Shown here piece by piece: positions 54,330 to 64,000 of a stretch of 64,000 nucleotides of DNA. The DNA is taken from NCBI RefSeq assembly GCF_964213995.1, contig NC_135812.1, positions 81,282,001 through 81,346,000 on the forward strand, in the 5' to 3' direction. Within the stretch, counting starts at the first letter, position 1, and every line of letters starts with the position of its first letter. The notes beneath the pieces were generated by a model. It had not been told where the DNA came from, ran no database searches, and saw only the letters and a list, made by a program, of their open reading frames with translations. Origin of the DNA: Mustelus asterias. Taxonomy: Eukaryota. The position numbers and the translations under genes are program-made.

Positions 54330-54707
54330 GCCTTGGAGAGACGTAAAATGAGAGGAGACCTAATAGAGGTATATAAAATGTTGAGAGGCATAGATGGACT
54401 CTGAGGCTTTTTCCCAGGGTGGAAATGGCTGCTACGAGAGGACACAGGTTTAAGGTGCTGGGGTGTAGGTACAGGGGAAATGTTAGGGGGACGTTTTTCA
54501 CACAGAGGGTGGTGGGCGAGTGGAATCGGCTGCCGTCAGTGGTGGTGGAGGCAAACTCAATAGGGTCTTTTAAGAGACTCCTGGATGAGTACATGGGACT
54601 TAATAGGATGGAGGGTTATAGGTAGGCCTAAAAGGTAGGGATATGTTCGGCACAACTTGTGGGGCCGAAGGGCCTGTTTTGTGCTGTAGTTTTCTATGTT
54701 CTATGTT
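54330..54707 (+). mobile_element. CR1 3' fragment
   Basis: TRGHRFKVLG...FFTQRVVGEWN; ttctatgttctatg tail. Confidence 0.92.
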
Positions 54708-54714
54708 CACTCAC

Positions 54715-55178
54715 TTTTTTTGTCAATCCATGATGTCATTAGAACTCTTTAATTGAATCACTGCATAGTGACTCATTTCCAGAGATATATCGTCATCCCA
54801 ATCTATGAATTGTTTAATTGTGCTACCTTAGAAGGCTTATTATGTTCATTGTAACTGATACAGAGTATACTGTGTGCATTTGTATTGCAACTGCACACAT
54901 TACTTTTTTATGTTTCAGAGATTCATTTTAATAACTTCCATGCAGGTTAGAACCGACAGAACAGACATTACGGTTTGCCAAATAAAGCAATGTCATTTAC
55001 ATAAAGTTTAAAGTGGCCATTTCCATTGATTGTGAGGGGCTCCTTCTATTAATCGTTCCCAAGGTTTCCACTTGGCCATTTTATACGCCAGAGAAAACTC
55101 ATTCTCAGCCTATGAAATGACTTCCTCTATCTGCCCATGGTTGATTTTTTACGTTCTAGTTTTTAAACATCATGCTCC
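54715..55178 (-). pseudogene. ndufa5: Processed NDUFA5 pseudogene, 3' half with probable 3'UTR and poly(A) remnant
   Basis: Minus strand reads EHDV*KLERK(frameshift)[44 protein letters not shown], with the stop at 55008-55010, matching the NDUFA5 C-terminus (...QWKWPI). ATTAAA at 54748-54753 and an A7 run at 54715-54721. Confidence 0.9.
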
Positions 55179-58100
55179 TGTTGTGAAGTTGGGTAAAGTG
55201 ATTGTAGACTGGGAGGTAGGAAGTTAGAATTTGGTGTTTGTAAAGCTGTTAAATGCTAGGTGGGGAAAGCATTGCATGGTCCCATTAAAAGGTGGTGTGC
55301 TTTTTCTGTGCTTAAAATGCAAGTACATAGAGAGCTCAAACTGAAACATTTGTATCGAAAGGCCAAGCAGCAGTTTTACCAAAACAACAGGCTTTTGAAT
55401 TTAGCCAATCAATTTGAATCAGGCACTTAGATACCAAAAACCTATTACATAGAACATAGAACAGTACAGCACAGAACAGGCCCTTCGGCCCACGATGTTG
55501 TGCTGAGCTTTATCTGAAACCAAGATCAAGCTATCCCACTCCCTATCATCCTGGTGTGCTCCATGTGCCTATCCAATAACCGCTTAAATGTTTCTAAAGT
55601 GTCTGACTCCACTATCACTGCAGGCAGTCCATTCCACACCCCAACCACTCTCTGCGTAAAGAACCTACCTCTGATATCCGTCCTGTATCTCCCACCACGA
55701 ACCCTATAGTTATGCCCCCTTGTAATAGCTCCATCCACCCGAGGAAATAGTCTTTGAACGTTCACTCTATCTATCCCCTTCATCATTTTATACACCTCTA
55801 TTAAGTCTCCCCTCAGCCTCCTCCGCTCCAGAGAGAACAGCCCTAGCTCCCTCAACCTTTCCTCATATGACCTACCCTCCAAACCAGGCAGCATCCTGGT
55901 AAATCTCCTCTGCACTCTTTCCAGCGCTTCCACATCCTTCTTATAGTGAGGTGACCAGAACTGCACACAAGGTCCTGTACAGTTGCAGCATAACCCCACG
56001 GCTCTTAAACTCCAACCCCCTGTTAATAAAAGCTAACACACTATAGGCCTTCTTCACAGCTCTATCCACTTGACTGGCAACCTTTAGAGATCTGTGGATA
56101 TGGACCCCAAGATCTCTCTGTTCCTCCACAGTCTTCAGAACCCTACCTTTGACCCTGTAATCCACATTTAAATTTGTCCTACCAAAATGAATCACCTCAC
56201 ATTTATCAGGGTTAAACTCCATTTGCCATTTTTCAGCCCAGCTTTGCATCCTATCTATGTCTCTTTGCAGCCTACAACAGCCCTCCACCTCATCCACTAC
56301 TCCACCAATCTTGGTGTCATCAGCAAATTTACTGATCCACCCTTCAGCCCCCTCCTCTAAGTCATTAATAAAAATCACAAAGAGCAGAGGACCAAGCACT
56401 GATCCCTGCGGCACACCGCTAGCAACCTGCCTCCAATCCGAAAATTTTCCATCGACCACCACCCTCTGTCTTCGGTCAGACAGCCAGTTACCTATCCAAT
56501 CGGCCAACTTTCCCTCTATCCCACACCTCCTCACTTTCATCATAAGCCGACCATGGGGGACCTTATCAAACGCCTTACTAAAATCCATGTATATGACATC
56601 AACTGCCCTACCTTCATCAACACACTTAGTTACCTCCTCAAAAAATTCTATCAAATTTGTGAGGCACGACTTGCCCTTCACGAATCCGTGCTGACTATCT
56701 CGGATTAATCCGCATCTTTCTAAATGGTCATAAATCCCATCCCTAAGGACCCTTTCCATCAATTTACCAACCTCCGAAGTAAGACTAACCGGTCTATAAT
56801 TACCAGGGTCATTTCTATTCCCTTTCTTAAACAGAGGAACAACATTCGCCATTCTCCAGTCCTCTGGCACCATCCCCGTGGACAGCGAGGACCCAAAGAT
56901 CAACGCCAAAGGCTCTGCAATCTCATCCCTTGCCTCCCACAGAATCCTAGGATACATTTCATCAGGCCCAGGGGACTTATCGACCTTCAGTTTATTCAAA
57001 ACTGCCAAGACATCCTCCCTCCGAACATCTATTTCCTCCAGCCTATTAGCCTGTAACACCTTCTCTTCCTCAAAAACATGGCCCCTCTCCTTGGTGAACA
57101 CTGAAGAAAAGTATTCATTCATCACCTCGCCTATCTCTACTGACTCCATACACAAGTTCCCACTACAGTCCTTGACCGGCCCTAACCTCACCCTGGTCAT
57201 TCTTTTATTCCTCACATAAGAGTAAAAAGCCTTGGGGTTTTCCTTGATCCGACCCGCCAAGGACTTCTCATGTCCCCTCCTAGCTCTCCTAAGCCCCTTT
57301 TTCAGCTCATTCCTTGCTAACTTGTAACCCTCAATCGAGCCATCTGAACCTTGTTTCCTCATCCCTACATAAGCTTCCCTCTTCCTTTTCACAAGACATT
57401 CCACCTCTTTTGTGAACCATGGTTCCCTCACTCGGCCATTTCCTCCCTGCCTGACAGGAACATACCTATCAAGGACATCCAGTATTTGTTCCTTGAAAAA
57501 GTTCCACTTTTCATTCGTTCCTTTCTCTGACAGTTTCTGTTCCCAACTTATGCCCCCTAATTCTTGCCTAATCGCATCATAATTACCCCTCCCCCAATTG
57601 TAAACCTTGCCCTGCCGTACGGCCCTATCCCTCTCCATTGCAATTACAAAAGACACCGAATTGTGGTCACTATCTCCAAATTGCTCTCCCACAACCAAAT
57701 CTAACACTTGGCCCGGTTCATTTCCCAGTACCAAATCCAATGTGGCCTCACCTCTAGTCGGCCCATCCACATATTGTGTCAGGAAACCCTCCCGCACACA
57801 CTGCACAAAAACTGCCCCATCCAAACTATTTGACCTACAAAGGTTCCAATCAATATTTGGAAAGTTAAAGTCCCCCATGACAACTACCCTGTGACCCCAA
57901 CACATATCCATAATCTGCTTAGCAATTTCTTCCTCCACATCTCTATTACTATTTGGGGGCCTATAGTAAACTCCTAGCAACGTGACCGCTCCTTTCCTAT
58001 TTCTAACTTCAGCCCATATTACCTCAGTGTGCAGATCCCCCACGAAGTGCCTTTCCACAGCCGTTAAACTATTTAAATCTGATGGTTTTGACAATCTAGG

Positions 58101-58702
58101 ACCAATCTTATTGTGGGAAATATTGATATGTCATCATGGGTATAAAAGAAGGGAACATGGGGACAAAAAGACGAGAGCATCTGCCAAAGCTAACAGCTCT
58201 CGGCTCTAGAGAGAGAGAGAATTGTTGGCTCTCATAGCTTCATCTATGTCTAGAGAAAGCACCATCTAGATTGCAAAGGTACCAAAGACAAAAGAAGTTC
58301 CAGACAGAAGAATCAACAGAGAAGGCCTAGAATATTCCAGAAGACACCAAACCTAGTTGTAATTTCGAGAATGACTAAATTCTACCTTATTAATGAGTGG
58401 GGATTGTATTTATTTGAACAACATACCATTAGAATCTTGTTTTATTTGGGAATAGTTAATAGTTGGAAGGGACTTATTCGGGAATAGTTCATCATTTAGA
58501 TCATTTGTTCACTGTTAAATAAATTGTTACGCGTTGATTTTAGAGTGAGGGTCAGGGATTTATTTTGTATTTAACCACTAGAAGTTGCTGAAGAGCAGGT
58601 TACACCACTTCACACACTTTTACTGATTATAAAGCAAGGTACTCCTCTTTAGGTGTTTCAGTGTTAGTTCTCAGAGGCGCGATCAATCTCCGCTTTATAA
58701 CA
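55179..58702 (+). mobile_element. Solo LTR (about 0.9 kb after removing the nested CR1), Gypsy- or ERV-like
   Basis: TG...CA termini with imperfect inverted ends (tgttgtgaag / ctttataaca). 4-bp TSD CTCC at 55175-55178 and 58703-58706. TATAAAA at 58141 and AATAAA near 58518. Confidence 0.85.
55447..58072 (-). mobile_element. Young 5'-truncated CR1 (HER1-like) LINE: EN C-terminus, RT and 3' tail
   Basis: 717-aa ORF with [26 protein letters not shown] and FADD motifs. A small deletion near 55970 shifts the frame. (TTCTATG)n tail; ctatt repeated at both junctions. Confidence 0.97.
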
Positions 58703-58888
58703 CTCCAATTTTACCAAGTGAAACCGTTCATTGATGGTCTGCTCAGTATACTTTCTATAGGCTGCATCCTGAGGGATGGATTGCAGGACAGTAAGAATTC
58801 TGGAGTACAAAACTTTCAACATCTCATGAGGATTCTGGGCCATAGCAAAGCCCAGCAACTCAGGCGTTTTCTTCCGGATTCTAGCCAT
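58703..58888 (-). pseudogene. ndufa5: Processed NDUFA5 pseudogene, 5' half
   Basis: ATG at 58888 in good Kozak context. Intronless MARIRKKTPELLGFAMAQNPHEMLKVLYSRILTVLQSIPQDAAYRKYTEQTINERFHLVKLE resembles NDUFA5 (MAGVLKKTTGLVGLAV...AAYRKYTEQ). Ends at the LTR TSD. Confidence 0.93.
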
Positions 58889-59748
58889 TGCCACCACGGT
58901 GCACTGTGGGATCACATTGAGCCCATGAATACAGAAAATAATGTATTTTGCGTTAAGAATAATGGCGAGGCTATCAATGATGGCTATTATACACTAAATC
59001 ATATCACAACTTTCAGTGTCAATACAGGCAAAGTAAATCTGGAAAACTGTTGTCTGATTTGCCCTGCTCCTGAAGCTCCATGGACACCAGTATCTCACCA
59101 ATAGCCTGGGCATTGAAAGAAAATACAAGGGTATCAATTTGGGGCACTTTGTCATGAGATGCTTATGAAACATGCCAGAAAATGTTAAGGCCATTCTATT
59201 TAAGTGTAAGTGAATTTCTAAAAGTATGAGAAGTCACTGTTACTGCCAAACAACCTCTTTTACGCTGACTATTTACATTTGCAATTGTGGGGACTCATTC
59301 CTTCAAATTATAAATTTGTTGAAAATTCTTTCTAAAATTAAAATTTTAAACTTTTTTTATTTCTGTTTTTCTTTTTTTTGTGTCACGCTTATGGCCATCT
59401 TCCTTCATCTTTAATTTTCTGTACATGATTTTATGTTAAATTAAATATATTCACTTACAGTTCCTGCTTTAGACTCCACAGCACGGTAGGAGAGTCTCAG
59501 GATGGAGGTTTGATCCTATCAGAAGTTTACATGCGGACTCTCCTGGATTCTTCTAGGTCTTGTAGCCATTTAATACATTTAATGTGGTGGTACACCAACC
59601 TCTTCCCAAGAGGCCAAATAGTTGGCAGGCTTCACAACCCCTGGGGTGGGGATGGCCTCTCCGACTGTAGAAACTGCCACCATCTTCCAAAAATATAACA
59701 GCAGATGTAGGCCATTTGGCCTGTCGAACTTGTTCTGCCTTTCAAATA

Positions 59749-60140
59749 GGGGAGGCGATGGCCTAGAGGTATTGTTGCTAGACTATTAATCTGGAATCTC
59801 AGCTAATATTTTGGGGACCTGGGTTTGAATCCCACCATGGCAGCTGGTGGAATTTGAATTCAATAAAAGAAAACCTGAAATTAGGAATCTACTGATAACC
59901 ATGAAACCATTGTCAATTGTCGGAAAAACCCATCTGATTCACTAATGTCCTTTAGGAAGGAAATCTGCCATCATTACCTGGTCTGGCCTACATGTGACTC
60001 CAGAGCCACAACAATGTGGTTGACTCTCAACTGCCTTCTGAAATAGCCTAGCAAGCCATTCAGTTTCAAGGGCAACTAGGGGATGGGCAATAAATGCTGG
60101 CCAGCCAGCGATGCCCATGTCCCACAAATGAATTTAAAAA
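59749..60140 (+). mobile_element. Second tRNA-derived SINE family
   Basis: A-box tggcctagaggt and B-box gggtttgaatccc; LINE-shared tail. Confidence 0.85.
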
Positions 60141-60342
60141 AGATTATGGCTGAGTAGCTAATGCTACTCCATTTTTCCCCATTGACCGTATATCATTTGT
60201 GCAGAAACCCATTGAATTCTGTTCAGTGATTGACCTTGCACAGCCCCTTGGGGTAGAGAATTCCAAAGATTCACCACCCTGTGAATCAAGAAATTCCTCC
60301 TCATCTTAGTGTTAAAAGACCTACCCCCTATTCTGCGACTGT

Positions 60343-60510
60343 GGCAGGTTTTCCAGTGGTGCAGGCAGAGAACCATTGGCCGCTGTTGGGATCTTCCTGT
60401 CCTGCTAAATCTACAGGCTTTTGCAGGGATCGCCTGCTCCACCACCGTGCAACCTGCCACAGGGACTCGAGCAGGAAGATCTTGTTGGGAGAGGCTGGAA
60501 AAAACTGCTC
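60343..60510. mobile_element. MITE inside a CR1 tail
   Basis: ggcaggttttccag ... ctggaaaaaactgc ends; related to about 14250-14427. Confidence 0.65.
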
Positions 60511-60554
60511 TATGTCCTCTGATTTTAGAATTAACAGCTGGGGGAAGCGTCTTA

Positions 60555-60960
60555 AAGAATAAAGAAGAACAAAGAACAACACAGCACAGGAACACGCCCT
60601 TCAGCCCACCAGGCCTGCACTGATACACATTTTCTATCCCTCTGTTCACCTCCCATTCATGTGTCTATCAAGATTCACCTTGAACGTTGCTAACCACCGT
60701 GCCACCTCCTCCACTGTCAGTGTGTTCCAGGTACCTACCACCCACTGTGAAAAACTTGCCCCTGACATAATAGCTGTCTAGAATGGTATTAACATTGCCT
60801 GGATATTGCATCACCTCCCCTAAACTTACCGCCTCTCACCTTAAACCTGTGCCGCCTTATAGTCAATCCTTCCACCATGGGGAAAAGCTTTGACTCTTCA
60901 CCCTATCTATGCCTCTCATAATTTTGTAGACCTCTATCAGTTCGGCCTACAGCCTCAGCT
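60555..60960 (-). mobile_element. CR1 3' end with a 52-bp foreign insert
   Basis: aagaacaaagaaca tail and LIEVYKIMRGIDR motif. Confidence 0.8.
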
Positions 60961-61694
60961 ATCCACATCTATCCTGTAAGATGCGATCATCTCATATTCT
61001 CATGGCCCTAATTGACCTAATGGATTGCCCGCCTCTGGGGAGTGAGCTGCTGTACTTAATTCCAGCGAGCTGCTGGGAATTTCCCCAGAAGCTGGAAACA
61101 CAGTTTCCCCTGATTCTTGCATCACCTCCACGTAACCAGGACAATTCCATGCCGCTTGTCTCAATGAGGAGTCTTCAGTCTCATTGGTTGAGCAAACGTG
61201 CATGTTTGCAAATGCCACAGACCCATTGTAATGAGTGTCGCAGTCTAGTAAATGCCAGTGACATTAAGTTGCCATTCAGAGGTTTCGGGGTAGGTCTTAG
61301 TGTAAATGGATGGCAAGTGTTGCTTGTTCATTGCTGATGCAATATCCAGAAAATGTTAATACCATTTCAGCCAGCTATTATGTCAGTGACTACAAGTGAC
61401 AGCCTGACTTATGTAGATAAACCAGTTCTTAGCAACAGAGTGAAGGACTGGCTTATAAATACATAGTCCTGGCTTTCACTTTTCACAAACCAAATGGGAC
61501 ATGAAAAATTCTTATCACCTGTATTTACCCTGTTTTGTCCCATTATTTATTACTGAACCAAATGTTTGTTTTGCTAAAATGCACAAGAAAAAAAATCAAA
61601 TTCTAGAATCCTAAAATCAAAATGGAAAATTCTGCAAACTTTTAGCAGGTGGGAGATGTTTTGTTAGACTGTTGAGATATTATTTTAGACATTA

Positions 61695-61998
61695 GGGTGG
61701 CACGGCAGCACAGTGGTTAGCACTGCTGCCTCACAGCGCCATGGACATGGGTTTGTTTCCCGGCTTGGGTCACTGTTTGTGCGGAGTCTGCACATTCCCC
61801 CATGTCTGCGTGGGTTTCCTCCGGGTGCTCCGATTTCCTCCCACAGTCTGAAAGACATGTTGGTTACGTGCATTGGCCATGTTAAATTATCCCTCAACGT
61901 ATCCGACGAAGCACCGGAGTATGGCGACTAGAGGATTTTCACAGTAACTTAATTGCAGTGTTAATGTAAGCCTACCTGTGACACTAATAAATAAATTT
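61695..61998 (+). mobile_element. V-SINE, alternative-tail subfamily
   Basis: Same head and tail as 17718; ends acactaataaataaa. Confidence 0.9.
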
Positions 61999-62240
61999 AA
62001 ACAGAGGAGAAAATGCTGTAAAATTTCAGCAGGTCTGACAGCATCTGTAAGGAAGAAAAGAGCTGACGTTTCGAGTCCAGATGACCCTTTGTCAAATTGC
62101 TGACAAAGCTTTGACAAAGGGTCATCTGGACTCGAAACATCAGTTCTTTTCTCTCCTTACAAATGCTGTCAGATCTGCTGAGATTTTCCAACATTTTCTC
62201 TTTTGGTTTCAGATTCCAGCATCCACAGTAATTTGCTTTT
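61998..62240. mobile_element. Penelope-derived palindrome with hammerhead-like motifs on both strands
   Basis: Same family as 14491; arms meet at about 62096-62110. Confidence 0.75.
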
Positions 62241-62704
62241 AATAAACTTAAACATTTGGGCAACAATTCATAATGTGAATACTTGTTTCTGGTATGTTAA
62301 CTATCACAATGTACTTTGTTTCTTATTCCTCAAAACATACCCAGTAACACAGCAAATTGCCTTGCAGTTCTAATGTTATCGCACTCCATCATGCTGTGTC
62401 CATTGTACTAATCAAAACTACTTATAATCATTGAACTCATATCAGTGCTTCCTAAGACATAAGAATATTTTACTTTCCATGAAGAGTTACGCTCCCAATT
62501 TAGCTTTTGTTATGCTTCTTCACTAAACTTGTTTTCAGTCCATATGACTCAAAATATTTATGGTTGTTTCTCGTCCGGTCGATATAAACTGCAATACATC
62601 GGAACAAGGAATGTGGCCATAAGGTCACTGTTAAAGAGTTTACCTTGCTAATTTCTCTGAATAATCAGAGTTGGCATGTCACACTAAAAATCTTTCAGCA
62701 ATTT

Positions 62705-62860
62705 CTTTATTTTGACAAACACGTGAATAGGACGGGAATAGAGGGATATGGTCCCCGGAAGGGTAGGGGGTTTTAGTTCATTTGGGCAGCATGGTTGGTG
62801 CAGACTTGGAGGGCCGAAGAACCTGTCCCTGTGCTGTAATTTTCTTTGTTCTTTGTTCAA
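62705..62860 (+). mobile_element. CR1 3' tail
   Basis: Near-identical to the tail at about 19520-19675. Confidence 0.85.
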
Positions 62861-63553
62861 TGGAGTTCACGTAGTATATGTTTCATCCTTCAGAGGTTTG
62901 TTTTTGTACAAGGTCAGAAGTCTGTGTGCATTTCCTATAACAGAATTATGCAGACTGAAATCCAAACTTCTTGTCAAGGTTGCACTCGAGTAAGCTCAAG
63001 CCTTCCAAAAGTTTTATATTTTCTTAAATTTTGAGTTAAAAAACACTGTCCTCCCACACAATAGAATTCTTTGTGTATTTTGACAAGATGACCTTCTTGT
63101 CAAAGTGCATCGATTTGTACTTTTCAGTCAGAAACCATTAGCCTGAATCTTTGGGTGGGATGGCAGGGGCTTGGCTCTGACTGCCACCCACTCCCACACC
63201 CCACCCCACCCACACCCCTGTTATTTTCCACTCTAGTGGGATCTTAAGTGGCAGCAGGTGGGCCTTCTGCCCTCAGCTGGACAGAGGTCCTGCCTTGGAG
63301 AGCTGCTGGCCATTCAGATTTGCTGACACCTCTCCCACCATCCAGGCACAGTGCTGCAGTGGCTGGAAGAGGCACTGCAAGTAAGTGTTGGGGCATGGAG
63401 GCCAGGTACAAGGCAGGAATCTCAGGGAGGTGAGGGGACGGGCCTCTTCATAAAGGGTGGGTGGGGTGCGATTGGGGTATCAGTGGGTAGGCTACAGGGA
63501 GAGGGAGGTTTGCAGGTGTCCAGTCCTTGAGGAGAGGGTGCCCCCAGTTCGAA

Positions 63554-63835
63554 GTGCCACAGTGGCACAGTGGTTAGCACATTCTCCCAATGTCCGAGTG
63601 GGTTTCCTTCGGGTGCTCCGGTTTCCACCCAAACTCCAAAGATATGCAGGTTAGATTGAATGGCCATGCTAAATTTCTCCTTAGTGTCCCAAGATGTGTA
63701 GGTTAGGAGAATCAGTGGAGTAAATGTGTGGGGTTACAGGGATAGGGCCTGAGTAAGGTGCTCTGTCAGAGAGTCAGTGCAGACTCAATGGGCCAAATGG
63801 CCTCCTTTGGCACTTTCAGGAATCTATGATTCTGA
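63554..63835 (+). mobile_element. HE1-type V-SINE with an internal deletion
   Basis: The head is joined directly to the V-domain; tail present. Confidence 0.88.
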
Positions 63836-64000
63836 TGCAGCTCCCCATCCCCCCACTCTCCACCTTCTTGCCCGAGATCTAATATTTAAAATCTTCTTAT
63901 TTCCCACTCTGATCTATCTGACACCCACCAGCCTGAAAGCAAGTGAGCTTCATAGTTTCAACTGTTTCCTTTCTAGGTCTTTGAGGTTGAGTAGCATGAG

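Larger units (their letters stand above)
59695..60545 (-). mobile_element. CR1 3' end interrupted by a SINE and a MITE
   Basis: The tail ttcaaata|agattatggctga is split by the SINE; RRNFLIHRVVNLWNSLP motif. Confidence 0.75.

Noticed and set aside
58664-58915. 83-aa ORF as a functional NDUFA5 gene
   Set aside because: It is intronless, runs into LTR sequence after LVKLE, and the separated 3' half has stops and a frameshift.
63976-64000. Strong acceptor ttcctttctag as the next mgat5b exon
   Set aside because: The required frame gives SLRLSSM, unlike the expected ...GLMERIQAIAQNVS region, and the window ends too soon to judge.

Overview
Vertebrate genomic DNA, almost certainly a shark: HE1-type V-SINEs, CR1/HER1-type LINEs and Penelope ends point to a carcharhiniform, and the species is an inference. 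The window lies inside a large + strand gene. One 139-nt coding exon (51646-51784) matches the N-terminal stem region of MGAT5B (GnT-IX/Vb); everything else appears intronic. The introns hold CR1, L2, Rex1, RTE and Penelope fragments, three SINE types, Harbinger-type MITEs, decayed Harbinger Myb/SANT genes, two solo LTRs and a 200-N gap. The most notable structures are: (1) a complete processed NDUFA5 pseudogene split by a solo LTR that is itself split by a young CR1; (2) Penelope-derived palindromes carrying minimal hammerhead-ribozyme motifs; (3) a retrovirus-like solo LTR within a multi-layer nest; (4) a 52-bp locally templated inverted insertion; (5) a V-SINE subfamily with a swapped 3' tail. 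I found no evidence of a wholly new multi-gene system. Protein and repeat family assignments come from recalled sequences, not database searches, and repeat boundaries are approximate unless a TSD is quoted.
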